Shown: in pieces, positions 10,801 through 19,475 of the stretch
How the letters are laid out: every line of letters starts with the position of its first letter
Position numbering within the stretch: position 1 is the stretch's first letter
Source: Enoplolaimus lenunculus
Taxonomy: Eukaryota
Length of the DNA stretch: 20,000 nt
Reading direction: 5' to 3'
NCBI GenBank assembly: GCA_030248215.1
Contig: JASANG010003005.1
Location: forward strand, 419,216 to 439,215
The notes under the pieces: generated by a model
What the model was told of the DNA's origin: nothing
Seen by the model: the letters and a program-made list of their open reading frames with translations, nothing else
Databases searched by the model: none
Position numbers and translations under genes: made by a program

Positions 10801-13800
10801 AATTCCCTTAAAAATCCCAACAAAGTTTGTTTGCTGGCTTTAAAATAATACATCTGTTTTGTTCTTGAGTATAAACAAATAAAATTGCGCTGTCCCGAAA
10901 TGAGAAATCATGGCTACGCTCCTGTTATAGAAGGCCATTTAGCGTACACTGCAAAAATGGTGAACCAAATTGACTTACTCCGAAATAGGCTTTTCCTGAC
11001 TACACAAACTGAGTCAAAATTCGACTCCTCCAGAGTCAAATTCGATTCAATGAATCGCTTAGTGAGTCGAATTTGACTCTGGCGAAGTCGAATTTGACTC
11101 AGTTTGTGTAGTCAGGAAAAGCCTATTTCGGAGAGAGTCAATTAGACTCACCATTTTTACTGTGTACGATTAGACTTGATTATATAACACAAACAAATGT
11201 TTCATTTTAGAAAGTGATTTTCAACATTGTCAACTTTAGTAAAGTCAAATCGCTGTACAGTGATGGAATGGCACCTGTCGTTCGCTCAACAACCAGGCCT
11301 AAATGGTTAGTTTTTGACAAATTTATTCATCTTTGTTTGTTTTAATATACTAACTGAGAATTTCTCCATTAAAACTGACACAAAGTTTTAATTAGTTTTT
11401 GATTGAAAAATTTGAAAATGCAATATTACTATGATTTTAGCTATAAATTTGCTGAAATTTTTTTCAAATTGATATGCAAGCTAAGGCATTATTACATAAC
11501 AGTTTTAGCTATAAGCATGAAATTAACACTACTATACAATCGTATATCTCAACACATGGGGTTAAGCTTCAAGCCAGTGCTGATTAGTAGCGGCGCAGCG
11601 GTTGACCCGAAAGCGAGTTGAAATATATAATTGGTAAGGTAGAAACGTTACTAATTTTTCATTCAATTTTTTAATTCTGTTTTATGCGAAATTTTCTGAC
11701 TTCAAAAATCGTACGAATCGCCCGTCTGGTTCTGCCCGCAACTGTTGCGCCACTTCGCAATCTGTTGGAGCAGGCAGGGGTGGGGGTTTCGCCCCAAATT
11801 CCAGGGTGGGAGCCCCCAAACGCGCGAACGTACCGAACGAGAAGCCAGACGCATTTTAAAACTTAAGCGGTTTTTGTTTCAACCGGTTAGGGTGGAGGTC
11901 CCTTTAGGGGTGCGGGCTTTCCAAATGGGGGTATGGGGGTGGTTGCTACGGCCCTGTATATGTAAGTGCAAGAAGATGAATTGAAAAACAATAGATGATA
12001 TTGCACTTGCTAACAAAATACGAACGATTCCGTGCGCCAAAAGCCACTGACTTTCGGTAAACTTTATTTATTACAAAATTAAAACACTTTTTACTTTTAG
12101 GCAACGAATACCTCCACGTCACGTGCATTATTACCGCTCGCTGGATCATGACCACAATTATGTAATGTCGTTTGCGTTTGCGTTTGATCGACCGGAAGAT
12201 ACGTATTATTTTGCGTATTGCTATCCGTACACTTACACAAAGATGCAACAATTTCTCAACGAGTGTGAAAAACTGAAAACGTCATGCTTTTCAAGGGATC
12301 TACTTGGACTCACTGTGGTTAGTTACGTTGGCCATTGCAAAGAACATGGGCAGAACAGTATTATAAACATATTCGTAATGCTAAGCCTAAGCTTAAGTCT
12401 AAGCGTAAGCGTAAGAACGAGTATATTTCTAAGCCTAAGTCTACGCGTAAGCGTAAGAATGAGCATATTCCAAAGCCTAAGTCTAAGCGTAAGCGAAAGA
12501 AAGAGCATATTCCTAAGCTTAAGTCTAAGCGTAAGCGTAAGAATGAGCATATTCCTAAGCCTAAGTCTAAGCGTAAGCGTAAGAACGAGCATATTCCTAA
12601 GCCTAAGCCTAAGTCTAAGCGTAAGCGTAAGAATGAGCATATTCCTAAGCCTAAATCTAAGCGTAAGCGTAAGAATGAGCATATTCCTTAGTCTAAGTCT
12701 AAGCGTAAGCGTATGAACGAGCATATTCCTAAGCCTAAGTCTAAATGTAACCGTAAGCGCAAGAATGAGCATATTCCTAAGCCTAAGTCTAAGCGTAAGC
12801 GGAAGAACAAGCATATTCCTAAGCCTAAGCCTAAGCGTAAGCGTAAGAACGAGCATGTTCCTAAGCCTAAGTCTAAGCGTAAGCGTAAGAACGACCATAT
12901 TCCTAAGCCTAAGTCTAAGTCTAAGCGTAAGCGTAAGAACGAGCATATTCCTAAGCCTAAGTCTAAGTCTAAGCGTAAGCGGAAGAACGAGCATATTCCT
13001 AAGCCTAAGTCTAAGTCTAAGCGTAAGCGTAAGAACGAGCATATTCCTAAGCCTAAGTCTAAGTCTAAGCGTAAGCGTAAGAACAAGCATATTCCTAAGC
13101 CTAAGCCTAAACCAGGCTAAAAATAGTCTAAACCTTCAGCTTACTCAATTGTAGTCGTACAGAATAACGTTCCGCACCTGATCTTTACATGGGCCGTTAC
13201 GTTGGGTACGATTCATTTTTTTGTGTAATTTTGTTTTGTCACAAAGTAAAAATTAGTAAAGTTTAAAATCAAATTAATTTTAAACACTGTCGCTGTCAAC
13301 CGTTTCACTCATTAATAATTTTTTTCGACAGAAAAATCAGGGCCGTATGTAAAAATACATTTTGTTTACAAATTATTAAAACGGGATTATGCGGCAAATG
13401 CTCATTCTTACACTTAGGTTTAGGCTTAGGCTGAGGTTTAGGAATATTCTCATTCTTTTACTCTTGAGGTTAGGGTTAGGCTTAGGCTGAGGCTTAGGAA
13501 TATGCTCATTCTTACGCTTAGGTTTAGGCTTAGGCTCAGGCTTAGGAATATTCTCATTGTTTTACTCTTAAGGTTAGGGTTAGGCTTAGGCTGAGGCTTA
13601 GGAATATGCTCATTCTTACGCTTAGGTTTAGGCTTAGGCTGAGGCTTAGGAATATTCTCATTCTTTTACTCTTAAGGTTAGGGTTAGGCTTAGGCTGAGG
13701 CTTAGGAATATGCTCATTCTTACGCTTAGGTTTAGGCTTAGGCTTAGGCTTAGGAATATTCTCATTCTTTTACTCTTAAGGTTAGGGTTAGGCTTAGGCT

Positions 13801-16800
13801 GAGGCTTAGGAATATGCTCATTCTTACGCTTAGGTTTAGACTTAGGCTTAGGCTTAGGAATATGTTTATAATACTGTTCCGCCCCTGTTGTTTACATTGG
13901 CCGTTATTTTTAGCAACATCGTTCGCTGGATTTGATTACCATCACTGAGCCGTCAAACAACAACCTGGGCATCAACCAAGTCCAACAAATCATTGTTATA
14001 TCAGCTCGTGTTCATCCTGGCGAAACTCCAGCATCGTTTATTTGTGAAGGTAAGCAACTTCATTTAAGTTACAGAACAGTTTGGTGTGGTTAACTTTTGA
14101 TTTAGTTAAACGCATGCGCTGAGTTGCTCATAATATACTCGGCCAATGTACTTTAAGGGGCATAACAGTAGATTAAGCGTATTCGTTAGCCTAAGCCTAA
14201 GCTTTGTAAGAATGAATTTCTAAGCCTAAGCCTAAGCCTGAGCGTTGCAAAAATGAATTTCTAAGCCTAAAGTCTAAACCTAAGCGTAAAAGCGTTGCAA
14301 AAATGAATTTCTAAGCCTAAAATCTAAGACTAAGCCTAAGCGTTGCGAAAATGAATTCCTAAGCCTAAGCCTAAACAAAAAAGTGTAATCAAGAATCTAA
14401 ACCTACTCTTTTGTAGACCCACCAGAAACCTGGACGCCACTTAAAGTGACATTGGCTGTATACCCTATGTGAAATGATGTTGATTTTAAAATTTAATGTT
14501 AAAATTTTCAGTACTAAACTGTTGCTGGTAGCTTAATATGCAATTTAGGTACGATTTTGTCATTAGCGTCAATTAAGCGTGCTGAAATATTGTTGTTTTT
14601 GTGATTCTGCTTATGGCTGAGGTCAGAGAATCTTAAACCGTTTAAATGTTGCAGTTTCCGAACAACTTAAAATAGTGAAAAAATTATGAACAGAGCCGGA
14701 GCAGGCAGCCACCCCCCATTTGAGGGGGTAACCCAAAAGAGTACCCCCACCGGTAACAAAACTTTAAGCAAAAAATTTGAAAAACATTTAACTGTCACAA
14801 GGAACCGCTACCCCGGAATTTGGGGATGGTTCCATTCTATCCAGGTCCGGCACTGGTCATAAACTGTTTTCTAGATACGGGAAGAAATTGATTTTACTAT
14901 ATTGGTTCTTTACAAAGTATAACAGCTTGCGTATGTAGTACTTATTTGAAATCACAAGGTCATCATAGACGCGTTTAGCAATCCGTAAATTTTTTCGATG
15001 CCGCTCAGTAGTATTAGCCGGCCGGGCGGGCAGTCAAACATCCGGTGGGCCAGCCGGCCGGGCAGTCAAACATCCGGTTGGCCGCCGGCCGGCCGGCCAA
15101 TAGAAAAAACGGTAACTGCACAACACTAGCGCTCAAACGCTTATATACGTTTCATATCTGCATTTGCAGTTAGGTTACGTACTTAATGGCTGGTATATTT
15201 TCAATTTAGGTTTAATAAAGTATTTGCTTGGCGATAGTGTGGTTGCTCAAACGCTTCGCAAGACTTATGTATTTAAAATTGTGCCTATGCTTAATCCTGA
15301 CGGTGTCTATTTGGGAAACTATCGGTAAGTGTACTGTATTGAGCCAAATAAGGGGGGTAATAAGAGGGGGTCCCCATTTTGAGTCGCAATCAATAGGAGT
15401 CCAAACCTTAAGTAGAGTCGATAAATGTCAATTATCCCTAATTGTAGAGCATAAATGACTCCAGAAAAAAATACCCCCTGTTATTCGGTTACGGACTTTT
15501 ATTTATTTTCAACCTGCTCCCGCCACTCTTCGTTACTGATATATCCGGTATTGCAATTATCCGTTGATTTAAACGCTTTTTGCCTTGCATCAAAAGCTTG
15601 AGCGATAATGCAAGGTTACTTTGGAATGTTACATTCAAAACTTAAGTACGCTTTAAAGTTTCGAACTCAACGTTGTTTGGTCCTGGAGTCATTTATGCGC
15701 TGCAATTAGGAATAATCGCCATTTATGGACACCAATTAAGGTTTAGGGACTCTATCCGCTTACGGACTATTATTAGGGATACGGACTCCTACTGTTTGGG
15801 ACTCAAAATGGACACCCCCTCTTATTACCCCCTCTTAATCGGGTCATTACAGTAACAAAGAAAGTAATACTTACTTCATTTCACAACTCTGCTTTATATT
15901 TCTCGCAAACTAATATTTTTATGAAGCAGAAAATGTTGAATAGCGTTTCCTAAAAATCTAGCAAACAATGACAATATATAAGTCGAAATGCTTAATTCTC
16001 TATTTCTACAATCTGAAAGAACTATCGCTTGCTGGTAAACAAGAAATATGTTTGCTTTTCTGTCTACGATCCGAGTGATCGAAATTTAGTAAACCTTTTT
16101 CTTCTCAGTGCCACTGGCAGCGCTGCCCAAACCCACCGATTGAGGGGCCGATCCTTAAAGGGCCCCAACTTGGCGAACTTAACCATTTTCGCGGACCGTA
16201 ATCCTATTGCGCTGCGAACCATTTTCTAGGAGCCCGTCTTATCTGCACTGCAAAAGATGGTAAGTCAAACTGACTCTCTCTCCGAAATAGGCTGTAAGGG
16301 ACTACACAAGTTGACTCAAATTCGTATCCTCCAGAGTCAAACGTGAGATTCAGTGAATCGAATTGGACTCTGGCGGAGTCGAATTGGACTCAGGCGGAGT
16401 CGAATTTGACTCAGTTTGTGTAGTCCCGTAGAGCTAATATTTCGGAGAGAGTCAATTTGACTTACCATTTTTGCAGTGTGTTTGATGGGTCCCGACGATC
16501 CTAACGCCGGCCCTATGAACTACTGTAAATCTGACGATGACTTGGGTTGAACGTTTGTTATTTAGTTGGTGTAGAAGCTAAATAGATTTTGAGAATAACT
16601 GTTTAAATAGAAGCATAAATTTCTTATATTTTGTGTTCCCATTTCAATTATAACAATTCATAAGTGTTCAGGTGTTCTTTACTTGGCTTTGACTTAAACC
16701 GACAATGGAAATCGCCGTCAGCATGGGCTCATCCAACAATATATGCCATCAAAAAGTTACTTATTGATTATGCCGCTGATCCGGTAAGACCCATCTGGAG

Positions 16801-19039
16801 CCCAAGGCTCGTGTCATAGGTTGCATTTAGGCGCCCGTAGCCAGCTCAACGGGTTCGAAACAAACAGCTTTCAGCATGCGCAGGCATAGGAGTTGGGACT
16901 TACAGGAAAAGGTTAAACTTTGCAAAAAGATTTCTTGGAAACCAACATTTTTCCAGTGAAAGAAATCGCCCCTGGCCTCGCAATGGTTACTGCCCAATTT
17001 GAGTATGTTTTTCCTATTTCTAATGCCGCTTTTGTTTAACTGATTCAAATTGCGTTGCAGGTCTGCTTATTTGTAGTAAAATTGATTTACGGGACGTTCT
17101 CAATGGTAAATCCATCGAATCAATTGAAGTGTCAGTTGGCCGGTTTTTTAGTTATTGATAGCGATAAGCAAGCGACCAGAGTGGGACCTTACCCGCGGGC
17201 AAACACGAGTCGGGTAAAACCAAAATTTCAGCCGCAGGTACACCCGAGGGTAAAGATTTGTATCACATGAGTAAAAAGTTAGCAGTTTTTACCCGCGCTA
17301 AACCTTTAAGAGCGTAGGTGCACAACATACGCTATTAACTAACGTAGTCACAATGAACGTTAGAAAGTAAAAGTTGTGTGCTTTATTTAGTTGAGTTTCA
17401 AATTTTTGTTTCTAGTGAGCTTTCAGGTGTAAAATTCATTGAAGCTATAACGCAAAACTTCTTTGAAGGGCAAATCACCATTGATCTTTAACCCTTTCTC
17501 ACATGAATATTTTCAATTTCATATGAGATGTAATTTCAAGGTAAGATTCGATCCCCAGTCTTTACGGGTGGAAGGCGTTTACGATGACCACTGAGCTATA
17601 GAAGCTTCACGCTCGAGCCCGAGTAGGCTCTCACGTCTTGTGGAGATTTTGCACTGCGCATATATGTTATAAATGTTAAACACTGCTCACAGTGTGTGTA
17701 TTGCTCGTACGTTATTGTATTTAGTTGCCCATAGTATACTCTATGAGTGAAAGGGTTAAAATACTGGTTAAACTTCAGGCGCAGGTAGTAAAAGTGGGTC
17801 ATGCGTAGATCGGTAGATCTTTGTACCGTCGATGAACCCGCGGGTAACAAATTCTTATTTGCTTGGATAAAGCGCGGGTCAGGTAAAACAAACTGTTACC
17901 CACTGACTTACAAGCAAGATTGAAAATCTTCTAGAGAACCAAAATTTCTCCAGGGGGAGGGACTGAGCCCCCCTGCCCTCCTTGGCTACGGGCCCGCACA
18001 GTGCTCTATCTCCCATTTAAGATATTAAGTGTTTCCTAATTTTCTTTTCAAACTAAAAAGAAACTCGACTTTCCTGTCACAGTCGCAGCGTTTAGAGCTT
18101 TTGTTTGAAACTCGACAAAGTTAAATTTAAACCGTGAAACGTATCTTGAAATACTACAGCCGTGGCCTCAATTTCAACTTGAACGACGATAACATTTATT
18201 TTTTACTAGCGAAAATTTAAAAAATGTGATAAATTTTTAATTCTACCATGCATCAGGGTATTCAAAAGCTTTTCTAACGACTATTTTTTTGTTTCTTAAA
18301 TTATTTCCGATGAATCTATTCCCATTTTACGTCCTTGCAATGGCGGATCCACGGGGGCCACCCCGGCCGTGGCCTCCCCCCACAGCATCTCGACACAAAT
18401 TATATTGGGACTCAAAATGGGGACCCCCCCTTTTATTTCGGTCACTACAGTATGGGTCAAAAATAAGTTTATTACCTGTGAAATTTTGGGTTCCCCATTT
18501 TGAGATCCTGGATCCGCCACTGCGTCCTTGTATCCTTCTATGAATAATATATCACAGTTTAAGCTGCAATAATTATATAAATATCATTATTGTAATTTTC
18601 CAAAATTTTCAACGAGTAGGGTATCTTGTGGATACGAATGTGAAATGTAGATAAAAGGATAATAATGGCTCGCTAGTAAACTGTAATGCTTAGAACATAA
18701 GCACCATAGAACCGCCGATATAAAGGCATGGTTTACTGCATTATTTCAGGAAGTCAACGTTGTCTACTTTATCGATATACATGCTCATTCAACCAAACTC
18801 GGTGCATTCATGTATGGTAATGCGTTCGCTGGCAAATCAGGCAACGTCACCGCTGGACGCAACAGTGGAACGAGTAGCAGCAGTAATAGCAGTATTGCGG
18901 GAAGTTTTATTGGAAGCGACGATGTCCGCTTACATCGACAATCGATACTGCCTTCGTTGTTTGCTGAAATTGCAGAAGATTATTCGATTGAAAATACCCA
19001 GTTCAATACTGATCCTGGCAAAGAAGGAACGGGTCGACG
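7661..19039 (+). CDS. AGBL4: Cytosolic carboxypeptidase 6 (AGBL4/CCP6/ccpp-6-like, M14D), spliced, 3'-partial; join(7661-7877,9479-9603,11211-11305,12101-12317,13914-14049,15210-15324,16672-16783,18750-19039)
   Basis: All seven complete introns are GT-AG with compatible phases; 1307 nt of exon gives an open 435-aa chain with CCP motifs [35 protein letters not shown] (Zn His/Glu), [21 protein letters not shown] (Zn His) and GTGRR, collinear with AGBL4 as recalled. Confidence 0.93.
7896..8148. mobile_element. Palindromic MITE family F (CACTGTAAAT termini, ACTCA/TGAGT repeats)
   Basis: cactgtaaatt ... aatttactgtg|TA; related copies at 8331-8583 (inverted) and about 19787-20000. Confidence 0.8.
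8331..8583. mobile_element. Family F MITE, inverted relative to 7896-8148
   Basis: TA|CACTGTAAATT ... AATTTACAGTG|TA perfect TIR and TA duplication. Confidence 0.88.
8833..9043 (-). mobile_element. Family B GGCC-ended TTAGGC MITE
   Basis: ggcccatttta ... taacatcgggc; 8-bp TSD agattttg/agaatttg; internal gcttaggcttagg. Confidence 0.8.
9479..9603 (+). CDS. AGBL4: AGBL4/CCP6 exon 2
   Basis: Acceptor ttgcAG (9477-78); (G)[41 protein letters not shown]; donor GTAACA 9604. Confidence 0.93.
9802..9955. mobile_element. hAT-like MITE family C
   Basis: cgggttcatagcta ... tagctacaggcctg; perfect 8-bp TSD gcaacgta (9794-9801 / 9956-9963). Confidence 0.88.
10442..10727. mobile_element. Family C MITE (about 10442-10592) abutting a partial family B MITE (about 10593-10727)
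   Basis: ggcccgtag...gagctggcgacg followed directly by aaaagagtaggtttagattc...gcttaatctactg...acattggcg. Confidence 0.7.
10947..11164. mobile_element. Long fold-back MITE, TA-flanked (family G)
   Basis: TA|CACTGCAAAAATGGTGA ... TCACCATTTTTACTGTG|TA; arms nearly perfectly complementary (ctccgaaataggcttttcctgactacacaaactgagtcaaa and its reverse complement); second copy at 16246-16478. Confidence 0.9.
11211..11305 (+). CDS. AGBL4: AGBL4/CCP6 exon 3
   Basis: Acceptor tttt[33 protein letters not shown](W); donor GTTAGT 11306 (phase 2). Confidence 0.93.
12101..12317 (+). CDS. AGBL4: AGBL4/CCP6 exon 4
   Basis: Acceptor ttttAG; (W)[52 protein letters not shown]...RDLLGLTV; donor GTTAGT 12318. Confidence 0.94.
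12330..13195 (+). mobile_element. Family A element with an internally expanded 42/48-bp minisatellite (about 17 units)
   Basis: ggccattgcaaagaaca ... tctttacatgggcc; perfect 8-bp TSD gttacgtt (12322-12329 / 13196-13203); unit gagcatattcctaagcctaagtctaagcgtaagcgtaagaac plus an optional hexamer. Confidence 0.9.
13397..13902 (-). repeat. Inverted family A element with a 104-bp higher-order repeat (48+56 bp), about 4.5 copies
   Basis: Period 104 (starts 13397, 13501, 13605, 13709, 13813); ends in a family A terminus ...gttccgcccctgttgtttacattggcc (13902). Confidence 0.88.
13914..14049 (+). CDS. AGBL4: AGBL4/CCP6 exon 5 (HxxE zinc motif)
   Basis: Acceptor ttttt[15 protein letters not shown]...[19 protein letters not shown](G); donor GTAAGC 14050. 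Confidence 0.94.
14141..14457 (+). mobile_element. Family B MITE with short internal tandem duplications
   Basis: ggccaatgta ... gacattggct; degenerate TSD atatactc/gtataccc; repeated agcgttgcaaaaatgaatttctaagcctaa. Confidence 0.82.
14691..14855. mobile_element. hAT-like MITE
   Basis: CAGAGCCGGA ... TCCGGCACTG termini; degenerate TSD attatgaa/gtcataaa. Confidence 0.6.
15017..15129. repeat. GC-rich tandem duplication (gggcagtcaaacatccggt x2) plus a probable transposon end (tgcacaacacta)
   Basis: Direct repeat of about 32 bp with GGCC multimers in an otherwise AT-rich intron. Confidence 0.5.
15210..15324 (+). CDS. AGBL4: AGBL4/CCP6 exon 6
   Basis: Acceptor atttAG; (G)[37 protein letters not shown](R); donor GTAAGT 15325. 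Confidence 0.94.
15334..15852. mobile_element. Composite of family E: short forward copy (about 15334-15492) plus reverse copy (about 15495-15852)
   Basis: TA|CTGTATTGAGCC...ggtccccattttgagtc; the right part is the reverse complement of 2147-2480 and ends GGTCATTACAG|TA. Confidence 0.75.
16246..16478. mobile_element. Family G fold-back MITE, apparently nested in an older GC-rich element (about 16112-16514)
   Basis: CACTGCAAAAGATGGTAAGTCAAA ... TTTGACTTACCATTTTTGCAGTG; homologous to 10947-11164. Confidence 0.85.
16672..16783 (+). CDS. AGBL4: AGBL4/CCP6 exon 7
   Basis: Acceptor gttcAG; (R)[37 protein letters not shown]; donor GTAAGA 16784. Confidence 0.94.
17492..17755. mobile_element. piggyBac-like MITE, copy 2
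   Basis: TTAA|CCCTTTCTCAC...GAGTGAAAGGG|TTAA; lies inside an older acccgcggg-rich element (about 17177-17907). Confidence 0.88.
18338..18522. mobile_element. hAT-like MITE containing a family E terminal fragment
   Basis: CAATGGCGGATCCA ... TGGATCCGCCACTG; perfect 8-bp TSD cgtccttg (18330-18337 / 18523-18530); internal gggactcaaaatggggacc...ggtcactacagta. Confidence 0.9.
18750..19039 (+). CDS. AGBL4: AGBL4/CCP6 exon 8 (third zinc ligand; includes Ser/Gly insert)
   Basis: Acceptor tttc[28 protein letters not shown]...[37 protein letters not shown](R); donor GTAAGC 19040. Confidence 0.92.
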
Positions 19040-19066
19040 GTAAGCTTCATGCCATGTATACGTATC

Positions 19067-19475
19067 GGCTAACCACATTTAGAAAACATTCGACGAATAC
19101 TGCGTCATAAATGAGTTCTCCCAGGTTGACAAAGGTCGAGGGACCCTGTTCCCTTAAACGAATTCTTCCATCCGGCAATCCTGCCCACGGCTAACCACAG
19201 GTCGAAAAAGTTCGACGGATCCTGCGTCCTAAATGAATTCTCCCAGGTAGACAAAGTTCAGGGACCCTGTTCCCTTAAACGAATTCTTCCATCCGGCAAT
19301 CCTGCCCACGGCTAACCCCAGGTCGAAAAACTTCGACGGATCCTGCGTCCTAATTGAATTCTCCCAGGTTGACAAAAGTCGAGGGACCCTATTCCCTTAA
19401 ACGAATTCTTCCATCCGGCAACCCTGTCCACTAAACGAATGCTCCCATCAGGCAACTCTGCCCACTAAACAAATT
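19067..19475 (+). repeat. Tandem repeat, 121-122 bp unit x3 plus partial subunits
   Basis: Units start with ggctaacc at 19067, 19189 and 19310; shared ttctcccagg...gggaccctgttcccttaaacgaattcttccatccggcaa. Confidence 0.9.

Noticed and set aside
12323..13154. Long ORFs on both strands (255, 135, 132, 129 and 118 aa) resembling protamine or low-complexity proteins
   Set aside because: They arise from a hexamer-based minisatellite inside a TIR/TSD-bounded element within an intron; several frames are open at once and the basic frame has an internal stop (12689-12691).
12363..13865. CRISPR-like regularly spaced repeats
   Set aside because: No unique spacers, no cas genes, and a eukaryotic intron context; these are tandem minisatellites.
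13397..13865. True telomere or chromosome end
   Set aside because: Hexamers are interrupted, embedded in a transposon unit and flanked by in-frame exons on both sides.
18760..19110. 116-aa ORF overlapping exon 8
   Set aside because: Alternative frame of the real CCP6 exon with no homology signal.
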